A stretch of 64,000 nucleotides of DNA from Deinococcales bacterium (GCA_043778225.1 JAYWGM010000094.1:90267-154266), one strand, 5' to 3'; positions 28,207-38,804 are shown, numbered from the stretch's first letter. Notes: generated by a model from the letters alone, not told the origin. Translations and numbers: made by a program.

Positions 28207-29460
28207 TTATCTGAGTTCTTGATAGGCTCGTTCAAACAGTGGGTCGCGCCCAGTTTCAAAAGCTGTATTGACATCATCTCGAGCCTCGATGTCTGGGGTG
28301 ACACGCATCGGGACTCGAGTGCCATCGGGGTTAAGCGTGCGGACATAAGTAATCCCTAAGGCGCTCTGGTCGGCAAGTTGCCAGAATTCGGTGGCGGTGT
28401 CGAGGACACCATAGGTACTTTCGCCAATGACTGTTCCGCGCTTGGCATATTGAATTAGGTATGCCAGCAATTCGCCACAACTGGCGGTTTGGGAATTAAC
28501 CAACACGGTCACTGCGCCTTTCCACGAGGCTGGCTTGGCAATCTCGTAACTGGCTAAATCTTTGGGGTCGTTGCCGATAAACTTACCGCCATCAAAGCCA
28601 ACATTGACTCGAGCCAGACGGGTTTCGTTGATGTTGACGGCTCTGCCAATAAAAGCACTGGCTGCGCCGTAACATTCGGTCTCTTCGCCGCCGCCGTTAT
28701 CGCGCAAATCGATAATTATCGCTTTGGCATTTTGGCTTTGGGCTTGTAGCACCAATTGATGAACCCTTGGGGCGATGTCGTTGCTGCCAATAAAAGTTGG
28801 AATTCGCAAAGCCACCAGACCGGCTGGTGCATTGGGTGGCTGGTACAAAAACGGCAAATTGGTTTTCTCGAGCCGAGTGCGTCGCATCGTGGCTTCAAAA
28901 CGCACTGGGTTAGCTGCATCACCACGTAACACATCGAGCTTGACAGGTTGACTGCTGTTTAGTGCGGTTCGTAAGTCGTCAAAGTTAGTCACTCGAGTGC
29001 CGTTGACGCTAATCACACGGTCAAATGGGCGAATTCCAGCTTTGAAGGCTGGGGAATCTGCCACGATGTCCAGCACTGCAATTTCGTTTCTCGAGTTGGC
29101 ATTGCCAAAACTCAGACCATACAATGGATTGGGATTGGGATTGATGCCCCTAAACTGCGTCAGGATGGTGCGGTAGGTGCTGGGCGATAAATAACTGGTG
29201 TGGTCGTCGCGCATTCCTTGGGCTAGGCGCTCAATAAATGGACGTGCCTCGGCAAATTCACAAGTTTCGGCTTTGGGTTGGCAGCGCTCGAGCAGTTGAG
29301 CCGCCAGACTTTTGGCAAGTTCGTCGGGTTTGACGCTCGAGTACCCGTGGTAATGAAAGCTCATGTAAAAACTGGCTTCACGAAATAATTCGGTGGCTGG
29401 GCTGGCAAGCGAACTCGAGGAAACAAAAAACCCAACCAGAACCGCCCAGATTATTTTCAT
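28207..29460 (-). CDS. S41 family peptidase with PDZ domain
   Basis: Signal peptide, D.HT.YL, PDZ SPAFKAGI, IIDLRDNGGG, TASCGE. Confidence 0.88.
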   Translation of the reverse strand: MKIIWAVLVGFFVSSSSLASPATELFREASFYMSFHYHGYSSVKPDELAKSLAAQLLERCQPKAETCEFAEARPFIERLAQGMRDDHTSYLSPSTYRTILTQFRGINPNPNPLYGLSFGNANSRNEIAVLDIVADSPAFKAGIRPFDRVISVNGTRVTNFDDLRTALNSSQPVKLDVLRGDAANPVRFEATMRRTRLEKTNLPFLYQPPNAPAGLVALRIPTFIGSNDIAPRVHQLVLQAQSQNAKAIIIDLRDNGGGEETECYGAASAFIGRAVNINETRLARVNVGFDGGKFIGNDPKDLASYEIAKPASWKGAVTVLVNSQTASCGELLAYLIQYAKRGTVIGESTYGVLDTATEFWQLADQSALGITYVRTLNPDGTRVPMRVTPDIEARDDVNTAFETGRDPLFERAYQELR

Positions 29461-29509
29461 ACCCTAGTTTGCCAAACAGCCATGAGACAGGGCTTTTAGC
29501 CAGATGAGT

Positions 29510-31066
29510 TTACAAAACCCCAGTCGCCTCGAGCTTACCGTTTTTGACTTCAATAATCACCAATGGGCGGTTTTGAATTGCGCCAGCCTTAAATTGGACA
29601 GGGCTGGTCACACCGGGCGCGGGTTTACTCGAGAAACCATCAAGGGCTTTTTTGACCGCCGCACGACTTGGGCTGCTGCTGCGCTTAATCGCTTCCAAGA
29701 GCGCACGGGTGGCATCGTAGGCTTGCATGGCTCGAGCGTTGGGTGTACCGCCGCCATAACGGCGCTGGAAGGCTTTAACAAATTGGGTGGTGTTGCCAAC
29801 TGTACTGGTGGCGTGAAAAAACGAAAGCATTGTTAAACCTTCGACTGCCGCGCCACCCCCTAGTAGTTCTTGGCTGTAAGCAGCGCTGCCGGTTAGCATT
29901 GGCAGCTTGACCCCTTCGGCTGCCAGTGCTTGGGCAATTCGGGCGCAGTCGGCGGCTGTCCCCGACAAAAAGACCGCATCTGGGCGTGGGTCATCTTGAA
30001 AAATCAGGTAATCGGCGGGTAAACCTTTGGTGGGAAATTCAATTGGCACGGTGCTGATTGAAAGCGCCGCCGCGCCAAGCATAAAGGCATCGGCAAGGCT
30101 TTTGCTGTAGGCATCTTTGGGGTCAAAATAGACGGGGATTCGGGTGTAACCACGCTGTTGGGCAATTTTTAAGAGGGCTTTACCTTGAACACTGCTCGGG
30201 ACAGCCAAGCGGTAGGTATAGCCGCCTTTGTTGGCTAAACGGTCGTCGGTGGCAGCCGGCGCAAGATGCACCAAGCCTTGGGCGTTGTAAATATCAGCCG
30301 CCGAAACCGAGGCGCTCGAGTTGACTGGTCCAATCACGCCCAAGACATCGCTTAAAGCAGCCAAGCTCGAGGCGGCTTTAACTGCCAAAGAACGGTCGTT
30401 TTGGTCGTTGCGGATTTCGACAATCACCCGTGGGTTTTTTAGGGTGGGGTCGCTAAATTCTTGAATTGCCATGTTTGTACCCTGCAAAATCGCTTCGCCT
30501 TGTTGGACACTCGAGCCACTGGTTGGCACGGATAAACCAATTATGATGTTTTTACCACCGAGTTGCTGCGATAGCGCGTTGTTGCGAACCAAACCAATTA
30601 AAGCATCGGTAGGACGAGAATTCAGCCAAGCATCGGCTTTCTCGAGCGCAAGAGCATAGTCGCCAGTCTTATAAACACTGACAATATCGGCACGGTCTGG
30701 GCGTAAATTGGCAAGAATTTCGACATCTGGCGCAGTTAAACTGGCTTCGGGATAGCCACCAGCACTAGGAGTCGTTGGTACGGTTGGGGTGGTTGGCGTA
30801 CTGACCACAGGAGGTGTGGTTGGCGTACTGACCACAGGTGGCGTGGTGATAACTGGGGGAGTTGGAGTCGTCGGGGTTGGAGTTGGTACTGAAGTTGGGG
30901 TTGGCACAGGAGTCGGTGTTGGCACTGGATTATTGACCACTGGCGCTTGGCAGCTACTCGGAATCGCCAAACCGGGCAGTTGGATATTGCAACTCTGGTG
31001 TTGTTGCCAGCCAAAGTAAGCTGCTAGAGCAATCACGATGATTGGGATGAGATTCTGAGGTTTCAT
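29510..31066 (-). CDS. Membrane-anchored branched-chain-amino-acid-type (Peripla_BP_6) ligand-binding protein with Pro/Thr linker
   Basis: N-terminal TM, PT repeats, IGLSVP.SG, VIGP..S, QAYDA. Confidence 0.85.
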   Translation of the reverse strand: MKPQNLIPIIVIALAAYFGWQQHQSCNIQLPGLAIPSSCQAPVVNNPVPTPTPVPTPTSVPTPTPTTPTPPVITTPPVVSTPTTPPVVSTPTTPTVPTTPSAGGYPEASLTAPDVEILANLRPDRADIVSVYKTGDYALALEKADAWLNSRPTDALIGLVRNNALSQQLGGKNIIIGLSVPTSGSSVQQGEAILQGTNMAIQEFSDPTLKNPRVIVEIRNDQNDRSLAVKAASSLAALSDVLGVIGPVNSSASVSAADIYNAQGLVHLAPAATDDRLANKGGYTYRLAVPSSVQGKALLKIAQQRGYTRIPVYFDPKDAYSKSLADAFMLGAAALSISTVPIEFPTKGLPADYLIFQDDPRPDAVFLSGTAADCARIAQALAAEGVKLPMLTGSAAYSQELLGGGAAVEGLTMLSFFHATSTVGNTTQFVKAFQRRYGGGTPNARAMQAYDATRALLEAIKRSSSPSRAAVKKALDGFSSKPAPGVTSPVQFKAGAIQNRPLVIIEVKNGKLEATGVL

Positions 31067-31091
31067 GGGCTTAGTCTACTCGAGAAATGAC

Positions 31092-32552
31092 CTATTTTGC
31101 ATAACCAACAGCTTTGAACTTGCCATTTTCTATAGTAATGGCGACCCATGGGCGGTCATTCATGTCGCCGTTGACATCAAAGCGAATGGAAGAAGTAATG
31201 CCATCTATCGGTTTAGAGCGCAAAGTCTCGAGGGCGAGGCGCATTCCTTCGCCGTTCTCGGGGGTGGCACGCATTCGGCGCATGGCTTCAATCATGGCTC
31301 TGGTGGCATCGTAGGCTTGCATTGCGTTGGCGTTGGGTGTACCGCCACCAAAAAGGTTCTGAAAGCGTTTGGTAAAGCGCACTGAATTTTGGTCGGTCAG
31401 GGTGCTGTGCCAAAAACTGGTCACAATCACCCCGTCTACACTCGAGCCACCTTGGGCAATCAGGTCTTGCCCATACGCGCCGTCGCCCGCGTAGATTGGT
31501 TTATTAAATGGCTTTTCGATTTTGGCGGCGGCTGCCACATCGGCGGTATAGCCCGAAACAAAAATCGCATCCACCGCAAAATTGCCAACTTTGGGTTGAC
31601 TATAGGAATTGAGTTCAAAAGGAATATCGGAAGTGGTTAAGTCTATTTTTTTGGCTTCGGCTTTGAACGTTTGGGCTAAACCTAGCGAATAGGCATCGTT
31701 TTCATCGAACAACACCGCCACACTTTTTGCGCCTCGAGCTTTGACCAGCCGTGCCAGCGCTGCGCCTTGGGTGCTATCGGACGGGGCAACACGGTAAATC
31801 ATTCGTCCAGCATTAGTAATTTTGGGATTGGTGGCGGCTGGGGCAATAATCGGCGTTCCGGGCGTAGCAGCATTATAAATTGGCGCACTGGCAAGCAGTG
31901 TGCTGCTCGAGTACGGTCCGACCACACCCCAAATGTACTCGTCGTTGACCATTTCCGAAGCCACTTGAATTGCCACAGCACGGTCTCCAGCATCGTTTAA
32001 GAAACGCACACTGACTTTGTTCCTAACGGTTTTTTGGTTGCGTACAAAGCCGCCAGCGTCGTTGACTTCTTTGACTGCTAAGTAGACACCCTGCAAAAAT
32101 GCTTCGCCAACCTGACGCAACGAGCCAGTCAATGGTGCAGAAAGACCAATGCGGTAGCTATCGGATTTGGCAAGTTTAATAATCGCTTCTTCGCGCAGTA
32201 AACCCGCCATTGCATCGGTCGGATTTTTACGTCGGTAGGCATCGGCATTGGCAAGTAAGTTCGCCCAATCCTCTTTTTTCTTTAAGTCAAATAAGGCTTT
32301 GAGTTCTGGGCGAACAAATTTAATTGGCTCAATCTCGAGCGAAGTGATGTTGGCGGCAGGTGTAACAGGTGTGGTCGTGGTAATGGGTGTGTTGCTCGAG
32401 GGCGTGTTGTTGGTACTCGAGGGCGTGGGGCTGTTGCTCGAGGTTCTGGTGGGTAAACCGGGTAAACTCAATTGCCCGCGCTGATACAAGGTGTAACCAC
32501 CATAGCCAAGCAGCAGCAGAATAATCAGTGGGAAAATTTGGTTGCTTTTCAT
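31092..32552 (-). CDS. Paralogous membrane-anchored Peripla_BP_6 ligand-binding protein
   Basis: N-terminal TM, S/T/P linker, IGLSAPLTG, VVGPYSS, GGGTPNA.AMQAYDATRA shared with its neighbour. Confidence 0.85.
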   Translation of the reverse strand: MKSNQIFPLIILLLLGYGGYTLYQRGQLSLPGLPTRTSSNSPTPSSTNNTPSSNTPITTTTPVTPAANITSLEIEPIKFVRPELKALFDLKKKEDWANLLANADAYRRKNPTDAMAGLLREEAIIKLAKSDSYRIGLSAPLTGSLRQVGEAFLQGVYLAVKEVNDAGGFVRNQKTVRNKVSVRFLNDAGDRAVAIQVASEMVNDEYIWGVVGPYSSSTLLASAPIYNAATPGTPIIAPAATNPKITNAGRMIYRVAPSDSTQGAALARLVKARGAKSVAVLFDENDAYSLGLAQTFKAEAKKIDLTTSDIPFELNSYSQPKVGNFAVDAIFVSGYTADVAAAAKIEKPFNKPIYAGDGAYGQDLIAQGGSSVDGVIVTSFWHSTLTDQNSVRFTKRFQNLFGGGTPNANAMQAYDATRAMIEAMRRMRATPENGEGMRLALETLRSKPIDGITSSIRFDVNGDMNDRPWVAITIENGKFKAVGYAK

Positions 32553-32555
32553 GGT

Positions 32556-33971
32556 TCATTGTACGCGAGAAATGGCTTTTTGGTTGCAAATCGTGCCAAG
32601 CCGCTTGGCAGCCTCGAGTAAAGTGTTTTCGTCCGAAGCAGCAAAACTCAAGCGCACAAAATGACCGTTGCTTTCGGAAGGAAACCAAGCACTACCGCTC
32701 GAAATTTGCACCCCGACTTGCAAGGCATTTTGGCTAAACTCGAGGTCGTCGTAAGGCACTGGCAACCATAAGCCAAAACCGCCTTTGGGAATTTGTGGCA
32801 CAGGTAAGCCGTGGGTCTCGAGGGCTTGCACCAAACTGTCGCGCTGGCTTTTTAAGTGCTGACGCAAGTTTTTAAGGTGTTTATGCCAAGCTGGGCTGCT
32901 GACCAATTCGATGGCGGTCAGTTGCAGCATTTGCGAAGTGAACATTTCCGAAATTGCCAGTTGGGCGTTTAAGCGTTCGCGCACTGCGCCACGGGCAACA
33001 ATCGCCGCAATTCGCAAACTTGGGGCGCTGGCTTTGGTCAGGCTGCGGATATAAACCACTCGCCCATCGGTGTCATCTAAAATTAGGGGGCGCGGTTGTG
33101 CGCCTTCGAGTGTAAAATCGTGGGCGTAGTCATCCTCGATTAAAAACGCATTAAACTTGGCTGCCACCGCCAAAATGGCTTTGCGTCGTTCAGGGCTAAG
33201 AATTGCTCCAGTCGGATTTTGATGGCTTGGCTGCAAATACACGACTCGCGCACCACTGCTCGAGAAGGCGGCTTCGAGGTGTTCTGGGCGCACCCCATCG
33301 GCATCTGTAGGCACAGGAATGGTCTTGATGCCACTTGAACGCGCCACGGCTAAAGCGCCAAAGTAACTTGGCGACTCGAGAATTATTGCGCCGTTGGCTG
33401 GCACAAGGGCGCGTAAACAGGTGGCAACCGCCGCTTGTCCGCCCGGTGCAATCAGCACGTCCGATGCTCCAAAGTCTGGGCTGAGTTCTCGAGCAAACCA
33501 AAGCCGCAGTGTCTCGAGTCCGGCAGCGGGGCTGCGCGACCACGCTTCTGGGCGGCGCAGGGCGTGCATTGCAGCTTTACTCAGCAGCCCATGCGGTTGC
33601 AAGCGCTCGTCGGGATAGCCACTGCTAAGGTTAAATACATCAGGACGGTGATTGCGTAAAAGCATCTGGGTTTCTTCGCCCAGGGTGGCTCGAGCGCCCA
33701 ACGCCAGCGCTTGCCAAGAGGTGTCTAGGGCTGGACTGATGGTGTTTTCGGCAACATAAGTTCCAGAACCCGGCTTGGTGACAATTCTGCCAGCCAGTAC
33801 CAAATGCTTTAAGCCTCGAGTAACAGTAACAGGAGAAATACGATAACGCTGACTGAGGTCACGGACACTTGGCAAAAGTTGTTGGCTGCTCGAGGCTTGT
33901 AAGTAATCAATCTCAAAACGTGTTAAGAAGCCCTGTTCAGCGTTTGAAGTTGCATTTTCTGAAGTTGCCAT
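32556..33971 (-). CDS. GntR/MocR family PLP-dependent regulator
   Basis: wHTH LPSVRDL...GSGTYV; aminotransferase domain QNPTG, IEDD, SLTK..APSLR. Confidence 0.93.
   Translation of the reverse strand: MATSENATSNAEQGFLTRFEIDYLQASSSQQLLPSVRDLSQRYRISPVTVTRGLKHLVLAGRIVTKPGSGTYVAENTISPALDTSWQALALGARATLGEETQMLLRNHRPDVFNLSSGYPDERLQPHGLLSKAAMHALRRPEAWSRSPAAGLETLRLWFARELSPDFGASDVLIAPGGQAAVATCLRALVPANGAIILESPSYFGALAVARSSGIKTIPVPTDADGVRPEHLEAAFSSSGARVVYLQPSHQNPTGAILSPERRKAILAVAAKFNAFLIEDDYAHDFTLEGAQPRPLILDDTDGRVVYIRSLTKASAPSLRIAAIVARGAVRERLNAQLAISEMFTSQMLQLTAIELVSSPAWHKHLKNLRQHLKSQRDSLVQALETHGLPVPQIPKGGFGLWLPVPYDDLEFSQNALQVGVQISSGSAWFPSESNGHFVRLSFAASDENTLLEAAKRLGTICNQKAISRVQ
32562..32588 (-). promoter_or_regulatory. 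ECF-type promoter candidate
   Basis: TGCAACC-N16-CGTA, 9 nt before the ATG at 32552. Confidence 0.5.
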
Positions 33972-33984
33972 GCTACGATTCTAC

Positions 33985-34911
33985 ATGAAGCCACTAAGTA
34001 ACGCTACTCTTGAAAAACCAGTAACACTACCTAAATCCGCCATCGGTCTCGAGACCCAAGCGGCGCTTTGGGCTTTTCTTGGAGTGTTGAGTTTTTCTTT
34101 GACTTTACCCATGACCCGAATTGCTGCGCCGCTTATGGGTGGTTTTACAGTCGGCATCGGAAGGGCGATTCTGGCGGCGGCTTTGGCTGGTTTGGTCTTG
34201 TATATTCGCCGCGAACGCCTTCCAGAACGCAAGCACTGGCTGGGTCTGGCTTTGGTGGCGCTGGGCTGTGTGTTTGTCTTTCCTGTTTTATCGAGCCTCG
34301 CCTTGCAATTTGTGGACTCGAGCCACGGCAGTGTTTTTAATGGCTTATTGCCAGCCGCCACAGCACTGGTGGCGGTGCTGCTGACCAAGGAACGCCCGCA
34401 CTGGACATTCTGGATTGTTTGCGCGGCGGGTGTACTGGCGGCTGTGCTGTACGGTATCTCGAGAGGGGCTGGACAGTTACAGCTTGGCGATCTTTTGATG
34501 TTAGCCGCCGTTTGTGCTGGCGCAATTGGCTATGTCGAAGGCGGCAGACTGGCTCGAGAAATGGAAGGCTGGCGGGTCATTAGCTGGGCGCTGGTTTTGA
34601 GTCTGCCAGTCTTAATTGCCGTGTTTCCAGTTGCCCTCTCGAGCCACAGTTTTACGCCTACCCCAATGGCTTGGCTGGCATTTATGTATGTTGGTGCATT
34701 CAGTATGTTTCTTGGATTTTTTGCTTGGTACAAAGGGCTGGCTATGGGCAGCATCGCTAAGACCGGACAAGTCCAGTTGGTGCAAACGCCATTAACCTTG
34801 CTCTGGTCTGGTTTATTGTTGGGCGAATATCTTGACCCAATCACCTTGGCGGCTGGTGGATTTATGGTCTTTATTGCCTTGCTAAGCCGTTTTACTCGAG
34901 TCGCCAAATAA
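33985..34911 (+). CDS. EamA/DMT family transporter
   Basis: About 10 TM helices, FSLTLP.TR, GFFAWY.GL..G; divergent from the MocR gene. Confidence 0.92.
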   Translation: MKPLSNATLEKPVTLPKSAIGLETQAALWAFLGVLSFSLTLPMTRIAAPLMGGFTVGIGRAILAAALAGLVLYIRRERLPERKHWLGLALVALGCVFVFPVLSSLALQFVDSSHGSVFNGLLPAATALVAVLLTKERPHWTFWIVCAAGVLAAVLYGISRGAGQLQLGDLLMLAAVCAGAIGYVEGGRLAREMEGWRVISWALVLSLPVLIAVFPVALSSHSFTPTPMAWLAFMYVGAFSMFLGFFAWYKGLAMGSIAKTGQVQLVQTPLTLLWSGLLLGEYLDPITLAAGGFMVFIALLSRFTRVAK

Positions 34912-34915
34912 TTTT

Positions 34916-35239
34916 ATGTACACAGCCGCTTTTATTTACCAAGCTAAAACTTATGACCAAGAGTTTTTTGATTTGAACCAAATCATAGACGAGATTGCCA
35001 AAGCCAACGCTGGTTTTCTTGGTTCAGAATCTTGGGTCTCGAGCGATGGTCTAAGCCGCAACGCGACTTATTACTGGGCGAATCTGGAATCTCTCCAAGA
35101 ATTCTCCAAGCACCCTAAGCATCTCGAGGCAAAACGGCAGTATCAGCGTTGGTACAAGGGCTTTCAGGTGGTGATTTCTGAGGTGATTCGCTCTTATAGC
35201 GACGGTACAATGGCGCACCATAGCCAAAAGGTAGCTTAG
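34916..35239 (+). CDS. Antibiotic-biosynthesis-monooxygenase-like (dimeric alpha/beta barrel) protein
   Basis: GFLG.E, YW..LESL..F..HP.HLEAK...WY. Confidence 0.8.
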   Translation: MYTAAFIYQAKTYDQEFFDLNQIIDEIAKANAGFLGSESWVSSDGLSRNATYYWANLESLQEFSKHPKHLEAKRQYQRWYKGFQVVISEVIRSYSDGTMAHHSQKVA

Positions 35240-35245
35240 ACTAAA

Positions 35246-35878
35246 ATGATGATTGAACTTTCGACCCTTTTGACTTTTATGCTGGCGGTGCTGCTTTTGT
35301 TTTTATCGCCTGGTTCAAATATGTTTTTTGTGCTTTCACACGGTATCGCTCATGGCTCGAGCGGCGGTTTGGCGGCGGGCTTTGGAATTGTGGCTGCCGA
35401 CTTGGTGCTGACTTTTTTGACCGCCACGGGGGTGACTGCCCTGATTGCGGCTTTGCCTGCTTCGTTCGATGTGCTACGGCTGGCTGGGGCGCTTTACCTG
35501 CTTTGGTTAGCCTTTCAGAGCCTCAAATCATCGGGGACACCCAAACTGACCCAAAGCCAAGCCATGCCAAAGCTCGAGATTTTTAGGCGAGCCATGCTCA
35601 ACAGCTTACTGAACCCCAAAGCACTACTTTTTTTTATGCTTTTTTTGCCGCAATTCGCCAACGCTAAAAACGGCAATGTTGGCTGGCAGTTGCTGATTCT
35701 TGGCTTGGTGCTGACTGTTATTTCGATGTTTTTTCATTCGGCACTCGGTATTTTTAGTGGCAGCATCGGGCAACTACTCACCCGTTACCCCAAAGCCGCC
35801 AAAGTCCAAAGCTGGTTTCTGGCAGCCGTGATGATTTTCTTGGCGGCGCGTTTGGTGTTGCTCGAGCGCCCAGCCTAA
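35246..35878 (+). CDS. LysE/RhtB family translocator
   Basis: LSPG, GALYLLWLA, LLNPKALLFF..FLPQF. Confidence 0.93.
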   Translation: MMIELSTLLTFMLAVLLLFLSPGSNMFFVLSHGIAHGSSGGLAAGFGIVAADLVLTFLTATGVTALIAALPASFDVLRLAGALYLLWLAFQSLKSSGTPKLTQSQAMPKLEIFRRAMLNSLLNPKALLFFMLFLPQFANAKNGNVGWQLLILGLVLTVISMFFHSALGIFSGSIGQLLTRYPKAAKVQSWFLAAVMIFLAARLVLLERPA

Positions 35879-35887
35879 AGGAGGTTT

Positions 35888-36292
35888 ATGGTCATCAGCA
35901 CCGATAACAATTTACTCGATACCAACACGATTTTTAAGCTGCTCGAGCATTCGTATTGGGCAAATCAGCGTTCTCGAGCCACAATTTTGAAAAGTTTAGC
36001 GCACTCCCTTAATTTTGGTGTCTACCAAGACCAACAAATGATTGGCTTTGCGCGGGTCGTGACCGATTATGCAGTTTTTGCTTATCTGTGCGATGTTGCG
36101 GTTCTCGAGGCATACCAAGGGCAAGGCGTTGGTAAAGCCTTAATGCACGCCATTCTCGAGCATCCAGAACTTCAAGGAATTCGGCGTTTTATGCTTGCCA
36201 CCAAGGATGCCCATGCTTTATACGCTCAGTTTGGTTTTAGCGCCCTGACAGCCCCAGAAAAGTTTATGGAACGTTTTGACTCGAGCGCCTAG
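35888..36292 (+). CDS. GNAT family N-acetyltransferase
   Basis: SYWA, GFARVVTD, YQGQGVGK, AHALY. Confidence 0.93.
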   Translation: MVISTDNNLLDTNTIFKLLEHSYWANQRSRATILKSLAHSLNFGVYQDQQMIGFARVVTDYAVFAYLCDVAVLEAYQGQGVGKALMHAILEHPELQGIRRFMLATKDAHALYAQFGFSALTAPEKFMERFDSSA

Positions 36293-36321
36293 GGTCTTAA
36301 CTAAGGTACGATAACCAAATT

Positions 36322-37245
36322 GTGAAACGCCTCGTTTATTTGCCAATTTTGCTGCTGTGTGTTGCCCTCGCCCAATCAGAATTTTTATTGCTTGACCACC
36401 ATCAAAAAGGGGTCAATGCAATTGCCTTTTCGCCCGATGGTCAAACCCTTGTGACCGGCAGCGACGACAGCACTGCTCGAGTCTGGAAGGTGGCTAATGG
36501 CGAAATTTTGATGAAACTGAGCGGACATACGGGCTGGGTCTTGGGCGCAGCTATCAATGGCAATGGGATTGTTGCCACCACCGATTCCGAAGGGCGGGTA
36601 GCGCTCTGGGATGTGACCAATAAAAAATTGCTGCGAGTCTGGAGCGCTCACCGTGCTTGGATTCGCTCGGTAGCATTTTCCGACGATGGCACAAAACTGG
36701 TGACTGCCTCGGACGACTTTAGCGCTAAAATCTGGGAAGTCTCGAGTGGCAAACTTTTACGCACCCTAAACGGACACAAAGGCTGGCTGACCAGTGTCTT
36801 GTTGGTTCAAAACCAAGTTGTGACCGCCAGCCAAGATGGCACAGTCCGGTTTTGGAACGCGGTCAGTGGCACAAACACCCGCACCCTCGAGTTGGGCGAA
36901 TGGATTTATAACTTGGCGCTCTCGCCCGACGGCACACGCTTTGCGACCGCCGCCAAAAACGGCATTAGAATCTGGAATCGAATCAGTGGCAGACAACTCG
37001 AGCAAGTTGGCACAGATAAAATCACTTGGTCGGTCGCCTTTAGCCCAGATGGCAAAGAATTAGCGATAGGCAACGACAACGGCAGCATTGACCTCTGGGA
37101 TGCCAAGGGACAAAACAAAAAACGCACCTTGACGGCACACACCAGTTATATCAAAGCCCTGACTTACTCGCCCGACAGCAGCAAACTTGCCTCTGCCAGC
37201 CGCGACGGGATGGCGCGAATCTGGAATATGGCGGCTGAGAAATAG
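36322..37245 (+). CDS. Secreted WD40 repeat protein
   Basis: Signal peptide and about seven GH...FSPDG...S.D...IW repeats. Confidence 0.92.
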   Translation: MKRLVYLPILLLCVALAQSEFLLLDHHQKGVNAIAFSPDGQTLVTGSDDSTARVWKVANGEILMKLSGHTGWVLGAAINGNGIVATTDSEGRVALWDVTNKKLLRVWSAHRAWIRSVAFSDDGTKLVTASDDFSAKIWEVSSGKLLRTLNGHKGWLTSVLLVQNQVVTASQDGTVRFWNAVSGTNTRTLELGEWIYNLALSPDGTRFATAAKNGIRIWNRISGRQLEQVGTDKITWSVAFSPDGKELAIGNDNGSIDLWDAKGQNKKRTLTAHTSYIKALTYSPDSSKLASASRDGMARIWNMAAEK

Positions 37246-37272
37246 AAGTTTCTCGAGTATTTGATTTATCAA

Positions 37273-37887
37273 CTACTGCTCGAGACTTGGTTCATAACAA
37301 GCAAGGATATTGCCCGAGCCTTGCCATGTACGTGTGCCGAGTAGCTTGAGCGATACTGGTGGGCGACCAACAAATAAGGGTGTGCCTTCACCTGCAATCA
37401 GTGGGAAAATGGTGAGGTGTAGTTCGTCTACCAGACCATGAAGCAGCAAATTATTCCAGAGCAGACGACCCATAAAGATAAGGATGTCCTTGCCGTTCTG
37501 CTCTTTGAGCGCTGCAATTTCCTTGGGCGCATCGGCTAATTTGATGATGCGAGTGTTATCCCAAGGGGCAAGTTCGGCTTGGCTTATTTTGTCCGAAATA
37601 ACAATTTTCTCAATCTTGGTCTGAAGTTGGGCTATCTCGAGCCTGATGGCAGTTGCAAGCGGGTCTTTTGGTACATTCAGCCAGTAATCTCTGTTGCCTA
37701 AAAATGATGTGCGCCCACTTAGCAGCAGGGTGTCGGCAGCCCGTAAACGTTCGGCTTGATAGCAATCGAGATTTTGATCGCCTTTATAATCCTTGTGAAA
37801 ATAGTCAAAAAGAGCATTGAGATTTTTGTCTTTGCCTTCGTAATAACCATCCAAGGAAAGAATATTACTCACAATGAGCTTACGCAC
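37273..37887 (-). CDS. Dihydrofolate reductase/RibD C-terminal family protein
   Basis: MRKLIV...SLDGY, GLVDEL.L..FP.I.GEG.PLF. Confidence 0.9.
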   Translation of the reverse strand: MRKLIVSNILSLDGYYEGKDKNLNALFDYFHKDYKGDQNLDCYQAERLRAADTLLLSGRTSFLGNRDYWLNVPKDPLATAIRLEIAQLQTKIEKIVISDKISQAELAPWDNTRIIKLADAPKEIAALKEQNGKDILIFMGRLLWNNLLLHGLVDELHLTIFPLIAGEGTPLFVGRPPVSLKLLGTRTWQGSGNILACYEPSLEQ

Positions 37888-37905
37888 AGTATTGCTCCTT
37901 TAACT

Positions 37906-38760
37906 TTAGCGCCGTGCAGTTCCACCAAATAAAGCACTGAGCGGAAAAGCAAAGGCTTGTAGCCCCGGCACTTCAAGGCTTGGCGAGCCAGTAATCTGGA
38001 AATCGAAGTTTCCGCCCAGCACGGCTGCCCCTGCCGAAATCGGGTCTATTTGAAAACGGGTGTAGATTACGCCTTTGCCACTGGCTGGAACTGCCCCGCC
38101 AGCTTCGGCTTTGGCAAGGATTCGCCCGCCGACCGTCAAGTTAAGCGGCGCAACCAAACGGTAGCCAATGGGTGCGGGGTTGGTCACTTCAAAGCCCAAA
38201 TCCAGCACTGCGCCACCAATGCCAACCGTTAAACGGGTCAGGTCGCTGCGGAAGGCAAAACTTGGTGGGGTACTGGCAAGGCTTGGGGCTTGGTATGCGC
38301 CTTGGGCAATCACAAATGGACCAAAGCGCGGTCTGCCGAGCGCTCCAGCATCTACGGCAAACGAACCATCCAAGCGATATTCAACTCGAGAACCGGTCGC
38401 AATCTTAAACATACTTTGTAAAGAACTCGGGTCTATCGGAATTATGACATCCACTGGCACATTGCTCGGTACGCCGTTGGCTTTCATGTTAAAACCGAGC
38501 GTGCTACCCGCCGCAACTTTATTGCCATCCAAATACATATCAAATTTCATTTCGGTTAAGCCCAAATCTATCGGATTTGGGTTACGAGCCGTCAAAAGTA
38601 CCCGAATCACCGCTTCGGGGGCAACACCATTTAAGCCGGGCGGATTGAGACGCAGTAAACCAGCCTCACGCATTTCAAACTTGGGGGCTTGTACCAAATT
38701 CGGCACACAACTGACCAAACCCAAGAGCAGAGCCGCCGAAACCAGAGCCGTTTTTTTCAT
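37906..38760 (-). CDS. LEA_2/WHy-domain lipoprotein (two domains)
   Basis: Lipobox LVSC; NPN motif, YRLDG, second domain VTNP; leaderless TAGACT-N7-ATG. Confidence 0.8.
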   Translation of the reverse strand: MKKTALVSAALLLGLVSCVPNLVQAPKFEMREAGLLRLNPPGLNGVAPEAVIRVLLTARNPNPIDLGLTEMKFDMYLDGNKVAAGSTLGFNMKANGVPSNVPVDVIIPIDPSSLQSMFKIATGSRVEYRLDGSFAVDAGALGRPRFGPFVIAQGAYQAPSLASTPPSFAFRSDLTRLTVGIGGAVLDLGFEVTNPAPIGYRLVAPLNLTVGGRILAKAEAGGAVPASGKGVIYTRFQIDPISAGAAVLGGNFDFQITGSPSLEVPGLQAFAFPLSALFGGTARR

Positions 38761-38804
38761 AGGCTTGAGTCTAGCGTATTTTGATGAAAGATGTTTTTTG
38801 GGCA

